From contig OY970194.1 in NCBI GenBank assembly GCA_963708075.1, forward strand, positions 3,328,001 to 3,392,000: a stretch of 64,000 nt of DNA, read 5' to 3'. Shown here in pieces: positions 10,179-19,300 of the stretch. The notes below the pieces were generated by a model. The model saw nothing but the letters and a program-made list of their open reading frames with translations. It was not told the origin of the DNA and did no database searches. How positions within the stretch are numbered: the stretch's first letter is position 1; each line of letters begins with the position of its first letter. The stretch is from Sedimentisphaerales bacterium. Its GTDB lineage: Bacteria > Planctomycetota > Phycisphaerae > Sedimentisphaerales > Anaerobacaceae. Both the position numbers and the translations under genes were made by a program.

Positions 10179-10241
10179 ATTGATTATTGATGATTGATTA
10201 TTGACGGTTAATCATCAATTATCAATCATCCATCATCAATC
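10179..10241. repeat. AT-rich inverted heptamer arrays, intergenic
   Basis: ATTGATT ATTGATG ATTGATT ATTGACG followed by AATCATC AATTATC AATCATC CATCATC AATC. Confidence 0.75.
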
Positions 10242-11087
10242 TTATAGCGACGATTCCTCGTGCTCGACCATCGTCACAGCGGCGGCTTCATTGCCGGCGG
10301 TCTTCTCGGTGCGGGCCTTGAAGTAATCATCCACTTGGGCGACAAGGTCCTCTTCGACGACGGTATCCACCGGGATCGACTCGACGAATCGGCTCTCGTG
10401 AGCCAGAACGCGCTCCGCGACATCCAGGCGTTTTTGAATCTGGGCGATGAGCTTCTCGGTCTGGGCCAGTTTGCTGTTGTCCACCTGGATCCTCGAGCCG
10501 GTGGAGGCAGCCTTGACAAGCCGGTACTGGCCGGCCAGGGCTTCGATCCGACTCTCAAGAATCCGCTTCTCGCTGGTGGTCTTCGCCAGCAACTGGCGGG
10601 CGGCGTCGAGGGACTTCTCACGCGACTCCAGGAGCCGAACCTTGCTGGCCATGACCACTTCGCTCTCCTTATACCGCTCGAACCTCGTGGCCAGGTCGTG
10701 TTTTACCTCATCATGCGAATAGGTCCGCCCGGCGAAGGAGTACTGCAGTCTCGGCTGCTCCAGCGTCACCCGCAAGGTCTTGATCTTCGACTGCTCACCT
10801 TCGAGACCTTCCCTGTTCTTGGCGATCTCGCCCTTCAAGGCGGCGACCTCGACCTCTTCCTCGGCGATCAGACGGATATTCGTCTGCATCTCGGGGATGA
10901 TCTCCTCCAGGAGGTCCCTGGCCCGCCGAAGCTCGAACTCGATGGGGACCGTGTCCTTGACGGCCGTCCGGACGCCCTTGGCCGAGCTCTTGACGTAACT
11001 GACCGCGTCCCTGCCGAACAACAGACCGCCCAGCAATCCGAAGCCGGCGACACTGATGACCCCTAACTTCACCCATTTCATGATCAT
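10242..11087 (-). CDS. Membrane-anchored coiled-coil protein, PspA/IM30-like
   Basis: SD AAGGAG upstream; N-terminal hydrophobic anchor; continuous heptad helices with PspA-like spacing (IEFELRRARDLLEEI...EKRILESRIEAL). Family assignment is inference. Confidence 0.65.
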   Translation of the reverse strand: MIMKWVKLGVISVAGFGLLGGLLFGRDAVSYVKSSAKGVRTAVKDTVPIEFELRRARDLLEEIIPEMQTNIRLIAEEEVEVAALKGEIAKNREGLEGEQSKIKTLRVTLEQPRLQYSFAGRTYSHDEVKHDLATRFERYKESEVVMASKVRLLESREKSLDAARQLLAKTTSEKRILESRIEALAGQYRLVKAASTGSRIQVDNSKLAQTEKLIAQIQKRLDVAERVLAHESRFVESIPVDTVVEEDLVAQVDDYFKARTEKTAGNEAAAVTMVEHEESSL

Positions 11088-11332
11088 GGTACAGCTCCTT
11101 AATTCGCGGTGGAGACTCTTATCTCGCGTCTCTACCCAACCCCACTTATGGACTTATCACGGCCACACACGGGCCACATTAGGTTGGTCGGGCGCCACAC
11201 CCCTTTATTGCGGCAGGAAATGAACATTTCTGGCAGCCAGGCAGAGCAACTCCCACCGGAGCACGAGGCCCCCGTGCTGTGTGCAAGTTCAATAAAGACA
11301 AGGTCTTAGGAGAAGCGATGGGTGGGCAATGG

Positions 11333-11423
11333 CGGGTGGCAGAGGCAAGCGTCGGCTTGCCGATGGTCGTTTCCGCATACAAGCAACCATCGGCAAGCCC
11401 TTCGGCCTTGCCGCTGCCACCCG
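11333..11423. repeat. REP-like inverted repeat pair
   Basis: CGGGTGGCAGAGGCAAGC..GCTTGCCGATGGT and ACCATCGGCAAGCC..CTTGCCGCTGCCACCCG. Confidence 0.65.
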
Positions 11424-11554
11424 GAGAATGCATCGCCCGCCACAGTCCTTCTAAGGGATTTGCTCAATTGGCGCAGTTTATTCGGCATCAGAGTGAAACA
11501 TTCCGGCTTGTCGCGTCTTCAGTATATGTGAGAACACCGCGGTGAACCGGCTGG

Positions 11555-11609
11555 TTTGTAGTGTGCCCGTAAGGGCATCGAAAGAAACGCCTCACGGCGT
11601 CACTACAAA
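11555..11609. repeat. GTAG-type REP doublet (REPIN-like)
   Basis: TTTGTAGTG-TGCCC gtaa GGGCA ... ACGCC tcac GGCGT-CACTACAAA. Confidence 0.65.
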
Positions 11610-11725
11610 TAGCGCAAGTTGAACTTGCCGGCGGGCAAAATCGGCCGGCGGCGTGACTCACAGGGCCCGAACTGCCTTACCTATGTGAAACCGGATATGA
11701 ACCCATTTTCATGGAGGACCGAGCC

Positions 11726-12031
11726 ATGAAACGGATCACCGTAAACGACAGATGGCAGATCAAGCAACTCCTGTACGGCAATAACGTTTTGGGCGTAAGA
11801 GACGACAACTGCCAAGCCTTTGGCGGCTTTCAACTCTGGTGGTACGACAAGCAGCACGGGACTTGCCATTGCTGCCAGTCCAGTTGGGTGGACTTGAGAA
11901 GACAGATCACCGAGTGCAGCCTGGACCAGGCCGCCGATGCCCTCTGGCGCCATCGCGATGAACTGTTCGTCCGCAGCAGGCAACTCTCCCAGGACCGAAG
12001 GCTCCTGCTCATGACCCAGTTATGCAACTGA
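11726..12031 (+). CDS. Hypothetical protein (about 101 aa, Trp/Cys-rich)
   Basis: SD GGAGG before ATG 11726; MKRITVNDRWQIKQLLYG...FGGFQLWWYD...CHCC. Confidence 0.65.
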   Translation: MKRITVNDRWQIKQLLYGNNVLGVRDDNCQAFGGFQLWWYDKQHGTCHCCQSSWVDLRRQITECSLDQAADALWRHRDELFVRSRQLSQDRRLLLMTQLCN

Positions 12032-12142
12032 GGTAGGAGGGCGGAGCAAGACTTACTGCGGCTTGCCGTGCCCTCTCACATCGGGTAACATTTCCCTTCC
12101 GTTCGAATCAAGGCCCGATACCGTGAACGAGGGAAATGTCTC

Positions 12143-12719
12143 ATGAAAGTTGTCGCATTCAACGGCAGTGCACGAAAAGACGGGAACACAGCTATTCTCG
12201 TCCGGCGAGTCTTCTCTGAGCTCGAAAAGGAAGGCATTGAGAACCGAGATGGTCCAATTGGCGGGCCAGACCATCCGTGGCTGCTCTGCCTGCGGCGGCT
12301 GCTACAAGAACAAGAACCACCGATGCGCCGTCGAGGGGGACATCATCAACGAGTGCATCGAGAAGATGCTGACCGCCGACGGCATCATCCTCGCCTCCCC
12401 CACCTACTTCGCCGACCTGACATCGGAAACCAAGGCCCTGATCGACCGATCCGGCTACGTCGCCCGCGCCAACGACGACATGCTCAAGCGCAAGGTCGGC
12501 GCCGCCGTAGTGGCGGTCCGTCGTGCCGGCGCCATGCACACCTTCGACTCCATCAACCACTTCTTTCTGATCAGCCAGATGATCATCCCAGGCTCGAGTT
12601 ACTGGAACATCGGCATCGGCCGTGCCAAAGGCGAAGTCGAGCACGACGAAGAGGGCCTGCGAACCATGCAAACCCTCGGCCAAAACATCGCCTGGCTGCT
12701 CAAGAAGCTGAACGCCTGA
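12143..12719 (+). CDS. Iron-sulfur flavoprotein / NADPH-dependent FMN reductase (flavodoxin family); one-base frameshift at 12239-12245
   Basis: [16 protein letters not shown] in one frame, then CSACGGC...C...[12 protein letters not shown] in the next; removing one A from GAGAACC joins them (GIE-TEMVQL). Confidence 0.88.
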
Positions 12720-12866
12720 CGACAATTCACAGAGGCAAGCTTGCGCCAATGGCATAAAGGAAACAAATACGACCGGTGCGGATTCCGATGCAGCCGCGCC
12801 CGTCTCGCCGATTCTCCACGGCCCCCTTCGTGGCCTACAGCAGACTCATGCAAGGGTTAAGAGCAC

Positions 12867-12929
12867 AGCGAACGGCGGCGGTGAACCTCGCCGCGTTTCG
12901 CGGCGTAGTGTTCCACCGCCTTGTTAGCC
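12867..12929 (-). mobile_element. Integron attC site (63 bp) closing the TIR cassette
   Basis: Minus strand GGCTAAC-AAGGC-GGTGGAAC-ACTA-CGCCGCG-AAA-CGCGGCG-AG-GTTCACC-GCCGCC-GTTCGCT: R''/R' cores, 5/6-nt spacers, L'' with one extra base, inner stem; the gene's TAA stop lies inside R''. Confidence 0.85.
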
Positions 12930-14507
12930 CGTAATCCTGCTTGCAGTGTGAGAGTCCAGAATCCATTTCGGCACATCCGAACCGTAATGCCAAGAGAACG
13001 GGTCCTTGGTCTTTCCGCAGTAGTCACCGATGGCCACAACACCACGTAGCACAAGTCGAATGGGGTCGAGCGACTCCATTGCATCGCACCTCATGCTACT
13101 GAACGAGAATGATGACGCAGCAGGCGTGGGTCCCGTTTCGTCCTCAAGAATCACGATAGCGGCCTTGCCGTCGTTTACGCTGTGCGCTTGCCATGAACGA
13201 GACTCTGATCGCGCTGCGGGGTGCTGCAAGAGCGTATCCATGATGAGTTGCAGATCAGTATCGCCGTTCGTGGCATGCAGAAGCCCCTCCAGGCCGCGGA
13301 AGCGGACGCGCGGTTCTTGGTCAGTCAAGAGTGTGAGCCTCGTTTTCACGGTGATCCTGTTGTCAGCGCCCCATACTGCGGCGGCAGTCTCTCGCACGCG
13401 CCAATCTTGATGTCGCGCGAGTATCCCGAATCTATGCGCCGCGTCATTGAAGGAGGCGTGACGAAGTTCCATGCCGGCCAAATGGGGGTCATTCGTGAAA
13501 ACGAGCCAGACAAAACGGGGTGCGCCCTCTGTCAGTCCGGCGAGCGACGTGGATGGGGTTATGAGGTAGCGGAGAAGGGCTTGGCCTCCCTTCAGGCGAT
13601 TCGGACTCCCTGCATACTCATTAAGGCAGTTGAAAACGTCCGAGTGAGGTCGTTTTGACTGTGCCAAGAGCAGGGCAGCGATGGCTCCGACTTCCGGTAC
13701 GGTGTGGGTCAGCCATTTCCTCAGGTATGCCCGAGCACTGGGTGCAATCTTGCGTCTGTTGAACGCTTCTGACAGTACCAGCGCACTCCCGATGGCGATT
13801 GCCGGATGGGTTGTGGCACTAAGCGCTTCTGTCGCAATCTTCAGATCAACATCCTTACCCTCTATCTTAGCCGACCACGCTGCGCGTTGCGCAGTCTCAA
13901 GGTCGGCTCGCAGTATTCCGCCGATGCAGTTGGTCAGGGCTCCGGCTGCCTGTCCAGACTCGCTCCGTATGGACTCAACGACCGCAAACATGCCAAGAGA
14001 GTCTGGGCGCGGAGATGGCAAGGCAGCGCCTTGGTCCTGCGGAATCTCCACCGGTTGCGGTGCGACGATGTCGCGGACAAGCTGGACCAGTTCACCCAAA
14101 GACGAACGGTATTGAAGATGCCAATGAAACTGCCTCAAACTGGCTGTGTCTACTCGCAGATCAGGGACGCTGCATGGTTCAAGCAGGACAGGCACCAGAG
14201 AAATGCTCGTCGGAGGTCGTTCGAGGGCGAGGTTGAGAGCCAATCGGTACTCACGTTGAACGTAGCCACGTTTCGTCACGGATCGGCTGGACAGAAAGAG
14301 CAAGATCACTCTGGCTTGAGCGATTCGCTCGCGAATTTCGTTGTCCCATTCCCGGCCGGGCTGAATGCCTTCTCGGTGCCACGCCCTTGGCGGGTCATCC
14401 ATCCATGGGTTGAGATCCGCTTTGCGCAGAGCACGATACACGCCTACGACGCGCCGCCGATCCTCTTTGGCGTAGCTCAGGAAAATGAGTGGCTTCGTGT
14501 GTAGCAT
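12924..14507 (-). CDS. TIR-domain protein with HEAT-like repeats (gene cassette)
   Basis: IFLSYAKED...PWMD...PGREWDNEIRERI..ARVILLFLSSRS..RGYVQRE...LVPVLLEPC (TIR_2); DWRVRETAAAVWG and DQEPRVRFRGLEGL are HEAT-like. Confidence 0.88.
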   Translation of the reverse strand: MLHTKPLIFLSYAKEDRRRVVGVYRALRKADLNPWMDDPPRAWHREGIQPGREWDNEIRERIAQARVILLFLSSRSVTKRGYVQREYRLALNLALERPPTSISLVPVLLEPCSVPDLRVDTASLRQFHWHLQYRSSLGELVQLVRDIVAPQPVEIPQDQGAALPSPRPDSLGMFAVVESIRSESGQAAGALTNCIGGILRADLETAQRAAWSAKIEGKDVDLKIATEALSATTHPAIAIGSALVLSEAFNRRKIAPSARAYLRKWLTHTVPEVGAIAALLLAQSKRPHSDVFNCLNEYAGSPNRLKGGQALLRYLITPSTSLAGLTEGAPRFVWLVFTNDPHLAGMELRHASFNDAAHRFGILARHQDWRVRETAAAVWGADNRITVKTRLTLLTDQEPRVRFRGLEGLLHATNGDTDLQLIMDTLLQHPAARSESRSWQAHSVNDGKAAIVILEDETGPTPAASSFSFSSMRCDAMESLDPIRLVLRGVVAIGDYCGKTKDPFSWHYGSDVPKWILDSHTASRITG

Positions 14508-14520
14508 AGTGTTTCTTCTG

Positions 14521-14579
14521 GGCTAACGTCCCCGCGAACCCGCGGCGCGTTAGCCACGTATGGCCGCCGGTTGTTGGCC
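14521..14579 (-). mobile_element. Integron attC site (59 bp, degenerate L box) between cassettes 1 and 2
   Basis: Minus strand GGCCAAC-AACCG-GCGGCC...CGTGGC/GCCGCG stem...GGTTCGC-GGGGAC-GTTAGCC, 15 nt after the cassette 1 stop and 13 nt before the TIR ATG. Confidence 0.7.
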
Positions 14580-14594
14580 GCCGATAATCTCCGT

Positions 14595-15059
14595 CTATTC
14601 ATTGAAGAAGTTCTCAGGCCACAAGAACTCGGGCAAATACTGCCTAATCAACACGGATGCCCAATCATACCCTCTCTTTTCCAGCTCCCTGACGAAATAG
14701 GGCCATGGTGGGATATTGCTCATATAGACGTCCGCAGAGGACGTGGACATACCCCCACCTTGGGACGTCGACAAACCTCCATACTGGGAAGTCGATAAGC
14801 CGCCGTATTGTGACGTAGACAAACCGCCATACTGAGATGTCGAAAGTCCGCCGTATTGAGACGTAGACAGTCCTCCGTACTGAGAAGTGGACATTCCTCC
14901 ATACTGCGATGTGGATAGACCGCCATATTGAGACGTAGAGGCACCTCCATACTGGGAAGTGGACATACCACCGTACTGCGCCGTGGAGAGTCCTCCGCCT
15001 TGGCTGGTACTCAGGTTCCGAGGCCAGGTTCGCATGTTTGGTATGATTAGCCGACTCAT
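14595..15059 (-). CDS. Octapeptide-repeat protein, 11 x [LMA]ST[SA]Q[YG]GG (gene cassette, 154 aa)
   Basis: SD GAGGAG before ATG 15059; 24-nt units with heavy synonymous variation but conserved peptide. Confidence 0.85.
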   Translation of the reverse strand: MSRLIIPNMRTWPRNLSTSQGGGLSTAQYGGMSTSQYGGASTSQYGGLSTSQYGGMSTSQYGGLSTSQYGGLSTSQYGGLSTSQYGGLSTSQYGGLSTSQGGGMSTSSADVYMSNIPPWPYFVRELEKRGYDWASVLIRQYLPEFLWPENFFNE

Positions 15060-15115
15060 GGTTTGTTCTCCTCTGTCCGGCCCTCTGCATCCTGATGGGA
15101 GGACATTGTTCCTCT

Positions 15116-15181
15116 GGCTAACAATAATTAGATGGCCCCGCATAAGATGCGGGAATCCTCGTTTCGGTCCGTATAAGACGC
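15116..15181 (-). mobile_element. Putative attI-like site with two 13-bp direct repeats
   Basis: Minus strand CATCTAATTATT-GTTAGCC (core at 15116-15122, no attC hairpin upstream); direct repeats CCGYATAAGAYGC at 15138-15150 and 15169-15181. Confidence 0.55.
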
Positions 15182-15318
15182 CACCGGATTTCCTATCGAA
15201 GGCGAGATAAAGCCTGCTCTGCCAATCAGTTGCCGTTGTCTCAAGCGCTTATCACCGTCTGTTGTGCAGGTCGTCTCTTGCGCTGCCACCATGCGATTCT
15301 CTCCAACTGTCGCTCGCG

Positions 15319-15347
15319 ATTGTAGCCTGCCCTGTCGGATAGGTCAA
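15319..15347 (-). promoter_or_regulatory. Near-consensus sigma70 promoter facing the cassette array (Pc-like)
   Basis: Minus strand TTGACC-N17-TACAAT, about 200 bp upstream of the attI-like core. Confidence 0.7.
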
Positions 15348-15491
15348 GCGGGCAGGCGGCGATATCCGGTTCCGCCGTCCTGTTTACGCTTTCAGGAGAA
15401 AGAGGGGCATCGGGCGGGCCAGAGGCAAGGCCGGGCAGGGTGAGGAGGGCACGCGAACGATGCAAGTCTTCGGCCGGAATATGGCTTGGCA

Positions 15492-16209
15492 TCACGCACT
15501 GCCCTTGGAGGCGAAGTACATCTTGTGCAGGAGGGGGCCGTGGCTGTGGATTGTCGGGCGCCTGCTCGGCGATGAAGGTGTCGATAGCCTTCGTGGCGCC
15601 GCGGAAGACTTCGTTCGCGTAGTCGTCAAATACACAGCAGCCGCCGGGGGAAAGGCGGGGCCAGATCGTTCTGGCCGCATAGAGCATGCTGTCGTGCAGG
15701 TCGCAGTCGATGAAGGCGAACGCGAACGGGCCGGGCAACGACTCAAGTGTCTCCTGGAACAGGCCCTCGACCAGGGTAATCTGTTCAGCCACGCCCAGGC
15801 GCTCGATCTTGCGCCGGACATACCGCAGATCGTTCTCCGTGAAGTCGCCGGCGCCTGGAGCGTCGCCCTGTTGACGCTCTCTGGCGAACTCCGCGGGATC
15901 AAAGCCGCGGAAGGTGTCGCATGCGTAGATTTGCTTGTTGCAGCCTCGTTCCCGCAGGTACCTGGCCATCAGGACAGTGGTGCCGCAGAGGAAACAGCCG
16001 CACTCAATGACGTCACCCGGGATACTGAGCGTCATCTCCAGTCGCCATAGCAGCGCCTCGACCTCCTCGTCGCACGTCAGGCTCTGCTCGTATCTCACCA
16101 TGTCCGTGGCATACAGAGAAGGAAAACGCAGCAGCAGCTCTCGTTTGAAGCGTCGCCGCCACAGAGGTGGAAGACACCCGCCCAGACTTCGTACGATTCT
16201 CCCGTTCAT
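15492..16209 (-). CDS. TylF/MycF/NovP-family O-methyltransferase; probable one-base frameshift near 15558
   Basis: PGDVIECGC..CGT, IYACDTFRGF, VEGLFQETL, FAFIDCDLHDS, LSPGGCCVFDDY; a natural-looking C-terminus (TIHSHGPLLHKMYFASKGSA) lies in the adjacent frame. Confidence 0.8.
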
Positions 16210-16307
16210 TCTGCCAGTTTTCCTGCATCCGCCGGCAATGTCAAGCAAATCCTGGCGGGAGGACGTAACCGCTTCAATCCCGGCCCCGGGGCCTGTACAA
16301 TAGTGAC

Positions 16308-19300
16308 ATGAACAAAAGACACGATCGTAATTCCATCCGGAGGCCGATGCTCGGCGTTGTTGCCCTCCTCGGCTTCGCATTCGTAATTGCCCCTTGTTCT
16401 CAGGCCGCCGCAGGAAACGGCCAGTCGCCGCCTCGGCGATTCTTGTCCCCTTCGGTCGAGGAGATCCTCAAGCTCTGGCGCGATCCGCCGCGGGTGTGCA
16501 GCCAGGCGCCGTTCTGGTTCTGGAACGGGCCGCTCGATCCGAACACGATGCGCGAGCAGGTTCGCATGATGGCGGACAAGGGCGTGCATGCCGCCCTGCC
16601 CCACCCACGATTCGGCATGGATCGGCGACTTTACCTGGAAGAACCCTTCTGGAAAGCGATGGACGCGACAATCGACGAGGCGCAGAAAGTCGGCTCCTCG
16701 ATCTGGCTCTATGACGAGTATAACTGGCCCAGCGGCGGCGCGGGCGGCCGCGTCACCGACGGCCACCCCGAGTTCTACCCTCGCGGCCTCGATTACACGT
16801 TCGTGGACTGCGAGGGCCCGCGTGACTTTGCGATCAGCAAACCTGAGGCATCCGAGCCGGTGATGGAACGTTTCGAACGGATCGTGGCCGGCTTCATCGG
16901 CCCCGCAGGCGATGCCGTTCCGCGCGAGCCGTGGGGTGAGGTCCAACCGAATGGCGAATCTATCACGGGCCCAGTGCCTGCCGGGCGACATCGCATTCTC
17001 ATCTTTTCCCGTTGCCTCGGCCGCAATCCCAGCCCGCTCGACGACGGCAGTAACTCCATGATCGATTACCTGCGCCCGGAGCCCACGCGACGATTCATCG
17101 AGCTGACCCACGAGCAGTACGCCAAGCGCTACGATCGGCTCTTCGGCAAGCAGATTCCCGCGATCTTCTATGATGAGCCGAGCACGATGGCTCCCGCGCC
17201 CTTCCCGTGGACGTTTGGGTTCGCGGACATCTTTCGTGAGCGGCGAGGATTCGACTTGATCGCAAAACTGCCCGCCTTGCTGGATGACTCCTTTCCCGAC
17301 GCCGGCCCAGTCCGAGCCGCTTATTGGCAGACGGTTTCCGAGCGATTCAACGAGTGCTTCTTCGATCAGCTCGCCCAATGGTGCCGCGAGCACGGCTTGC
17401 CGCTGACCGGCCACTGCTACGAGGAGAACATCACCCACTACACCAATTCGCCGCACCTGATGGAGCAGCTTCGCCGAGTGGATTGGCCGGGCTTCGATGC
17501 CCTCGGCACGCGGGCCCGCCCCGCCGCCGTCAAGATCCCCGTCTCCGTGACACACATCGAAGACCGCGAGGAAGTGATTTGCGAAGCACTCGGCCTGGCG
17601 GGCGGTTGGAACTGCACGCTCGACATGCTCCGCGGCGGATACAATCAGCTCGCCTGCCTCGGCGCCACCACCTTCATCCCGCACGCCTTCTTCCAGACCG
17701 TGGAGAACCCGCGCGTCGAATGTCCCCCGAGCTTCTTCTACCAGAATCCCTACTGGAAGTACTACGACCGCCTGACCGCCCTGACGAGTCGGCTGTCACT
17801 GTTCAATCGCATCGGCCGCCACGTCGCCCCGGCGCTCGTGTACTATCCGATCGAGTCCCTGTGGATGGACTCTGCCGGCGGCAAGGGTCGGCGGAGTTTC
17901 CCCTGGCAGCACACCACGCTCGGCAACAAGGGGGCCGAAGCCACCATCAACGGCTTCAACGACCTCGTCGACGGACTCTTCAACAACCTCTGGGACGTGG
18001 ATGTCGTCGATGGCAAAGCCCTGGACAGCGCCCGCATCATGCAAACCGAGACAGGCCCGCATATCGCCATCGGCCACGAGAACTACCGAGTGCTCCTCTT
18101 CCCACCCGTGCGAGCCGTCGCCCCCTCGGCGTTGCGCATCGCAGCGGACTTTGCCAAAGCCGGCGGTACCGTCATCTGGACCGGCCGATTACCCGAGACC
18201 ACGTGGCCCACGATGCCAAATGCGGAATTCGGAATGCGGAGTGCGGAATGCTTCGAGGACTCTCATGGGACAGACCACGTAAGCCGCATTGGTGCCGGGA
18301 CAGCGGCGTTCTTCGCGAAGCCCCAGGACGCGATCAAGGGCCTCCCGCAACTGGCAAAGCCGGACATTGTTATCGAGTCCGGTGACGGCAAGGGGCTGCT
18401 CGTCAGCCATCGGCGCACCGAATCCGCCGACCTCTATCTCTGTTTCAACGATTCGGATCAAGCGTTGAGTTGCACGCTGGTTCTGCCGCACGCTCACAAA
18501 TCCACTGCATGGCTTCGGCTGGACTCCGAGACAGGACAAATGAATGAGCTGACCGCTCCGGCTCTTGACCTGCCGCCACATGCCTCTGCCGTGCTCCTGT
18601 GCACTTCGCACGTAGGGTGGGGCTTGCCCCACCGCGACACCACCGACGGGCCGAAGACCAGCGTGCAATTGGAGGGTCCATGGACGATTCAGGTCGTCGG
18701 CAACGCCCTTGATGAGACTTGGAATCCATCGCCGGGCGAGACGATTGTTGAGTTGCCCACCTTCCGGCACCGCGCTCGCGAGTTTCAGCGTCACCCTGGC
18801 TGGGAACAGCGGGACTACAATGACAGCGGCTGGGAACGGGTCTACGCCGTGCGTGACCAGGCACTCTTCGTGCACACCTCGCCCGCCCTGCTGCGAGGCA
18901 TGCTCCCGCCCGGCGCCAGGGCCATCGAGTCGCCGTTGCCCGTCACGGGCGAATACGTCCTGTATGTGAACGGGACCGAGATGGAAAAGCGTCTCACCCC
19001 AACGTCTCAGAGCGGAAAGATCGACATCTCGAAGGCGACCAGAGGTATCGGCGACGTGATTGCCGTCGAGACAACCTCGCACAGCGGCCCGGCCGGCCTG
19101 ACCGGCCCGCTGCGCGTTGTCTGCGGCCCCGTGCATGTAGATAAGCTCGAGCCATGGTCACAGTGGAACATCCCCTGGTACACTGGCCGAGTCCTCTATC
19201 GAACTCGCTTGAATATCGCCGAACAAGCCCACGGCGGCCGCGTCTTCCTCGACCTCGGCCAGGTCCAGCACTACGTGGAAGTCTGGCTCAACGGCAAGCT

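Noticed and set aside
11610..11710. Riboswitch upstream of the small orphan gene
   Set aside because: No recognisable conserved aptamer motif; only short GC hairpins.
12239..12245. Programmed ribosomal frameshifting at the GAGAACC breaks
   Set aside because: No slippery heptamer or shared stimulatory structure, and the affected genes are unrelated; a sequencing artefact is simpler.
12720..12866. Third cassette after the last attC
   Set aside because: No credible ORF or further attC before the convergent flavodoxin gene.
14521..14555. 35-bp hairpin GGCTAACG...CGTTAGCC as a separate attC
   Set aside because: Too short for R-L-L-R geometry; treated as an alternative fold inside the 59-bp site.
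14737..15014. 24-nt periodic repeat as a CRISPR array or DGR repeat
   Set aside because: No unique spacers, variation is mostly at synonymous positions, and no cas or reverse transcriptase gene is present; it is a coding repeat.
15241..16380. 379-aa ORF as the full methyltransferase
   Set aside because: The N-terminal extension overlaps the divergent GH gene and the low-complexity tail follows a probable frameshift; 15492..16209 is more plausible.
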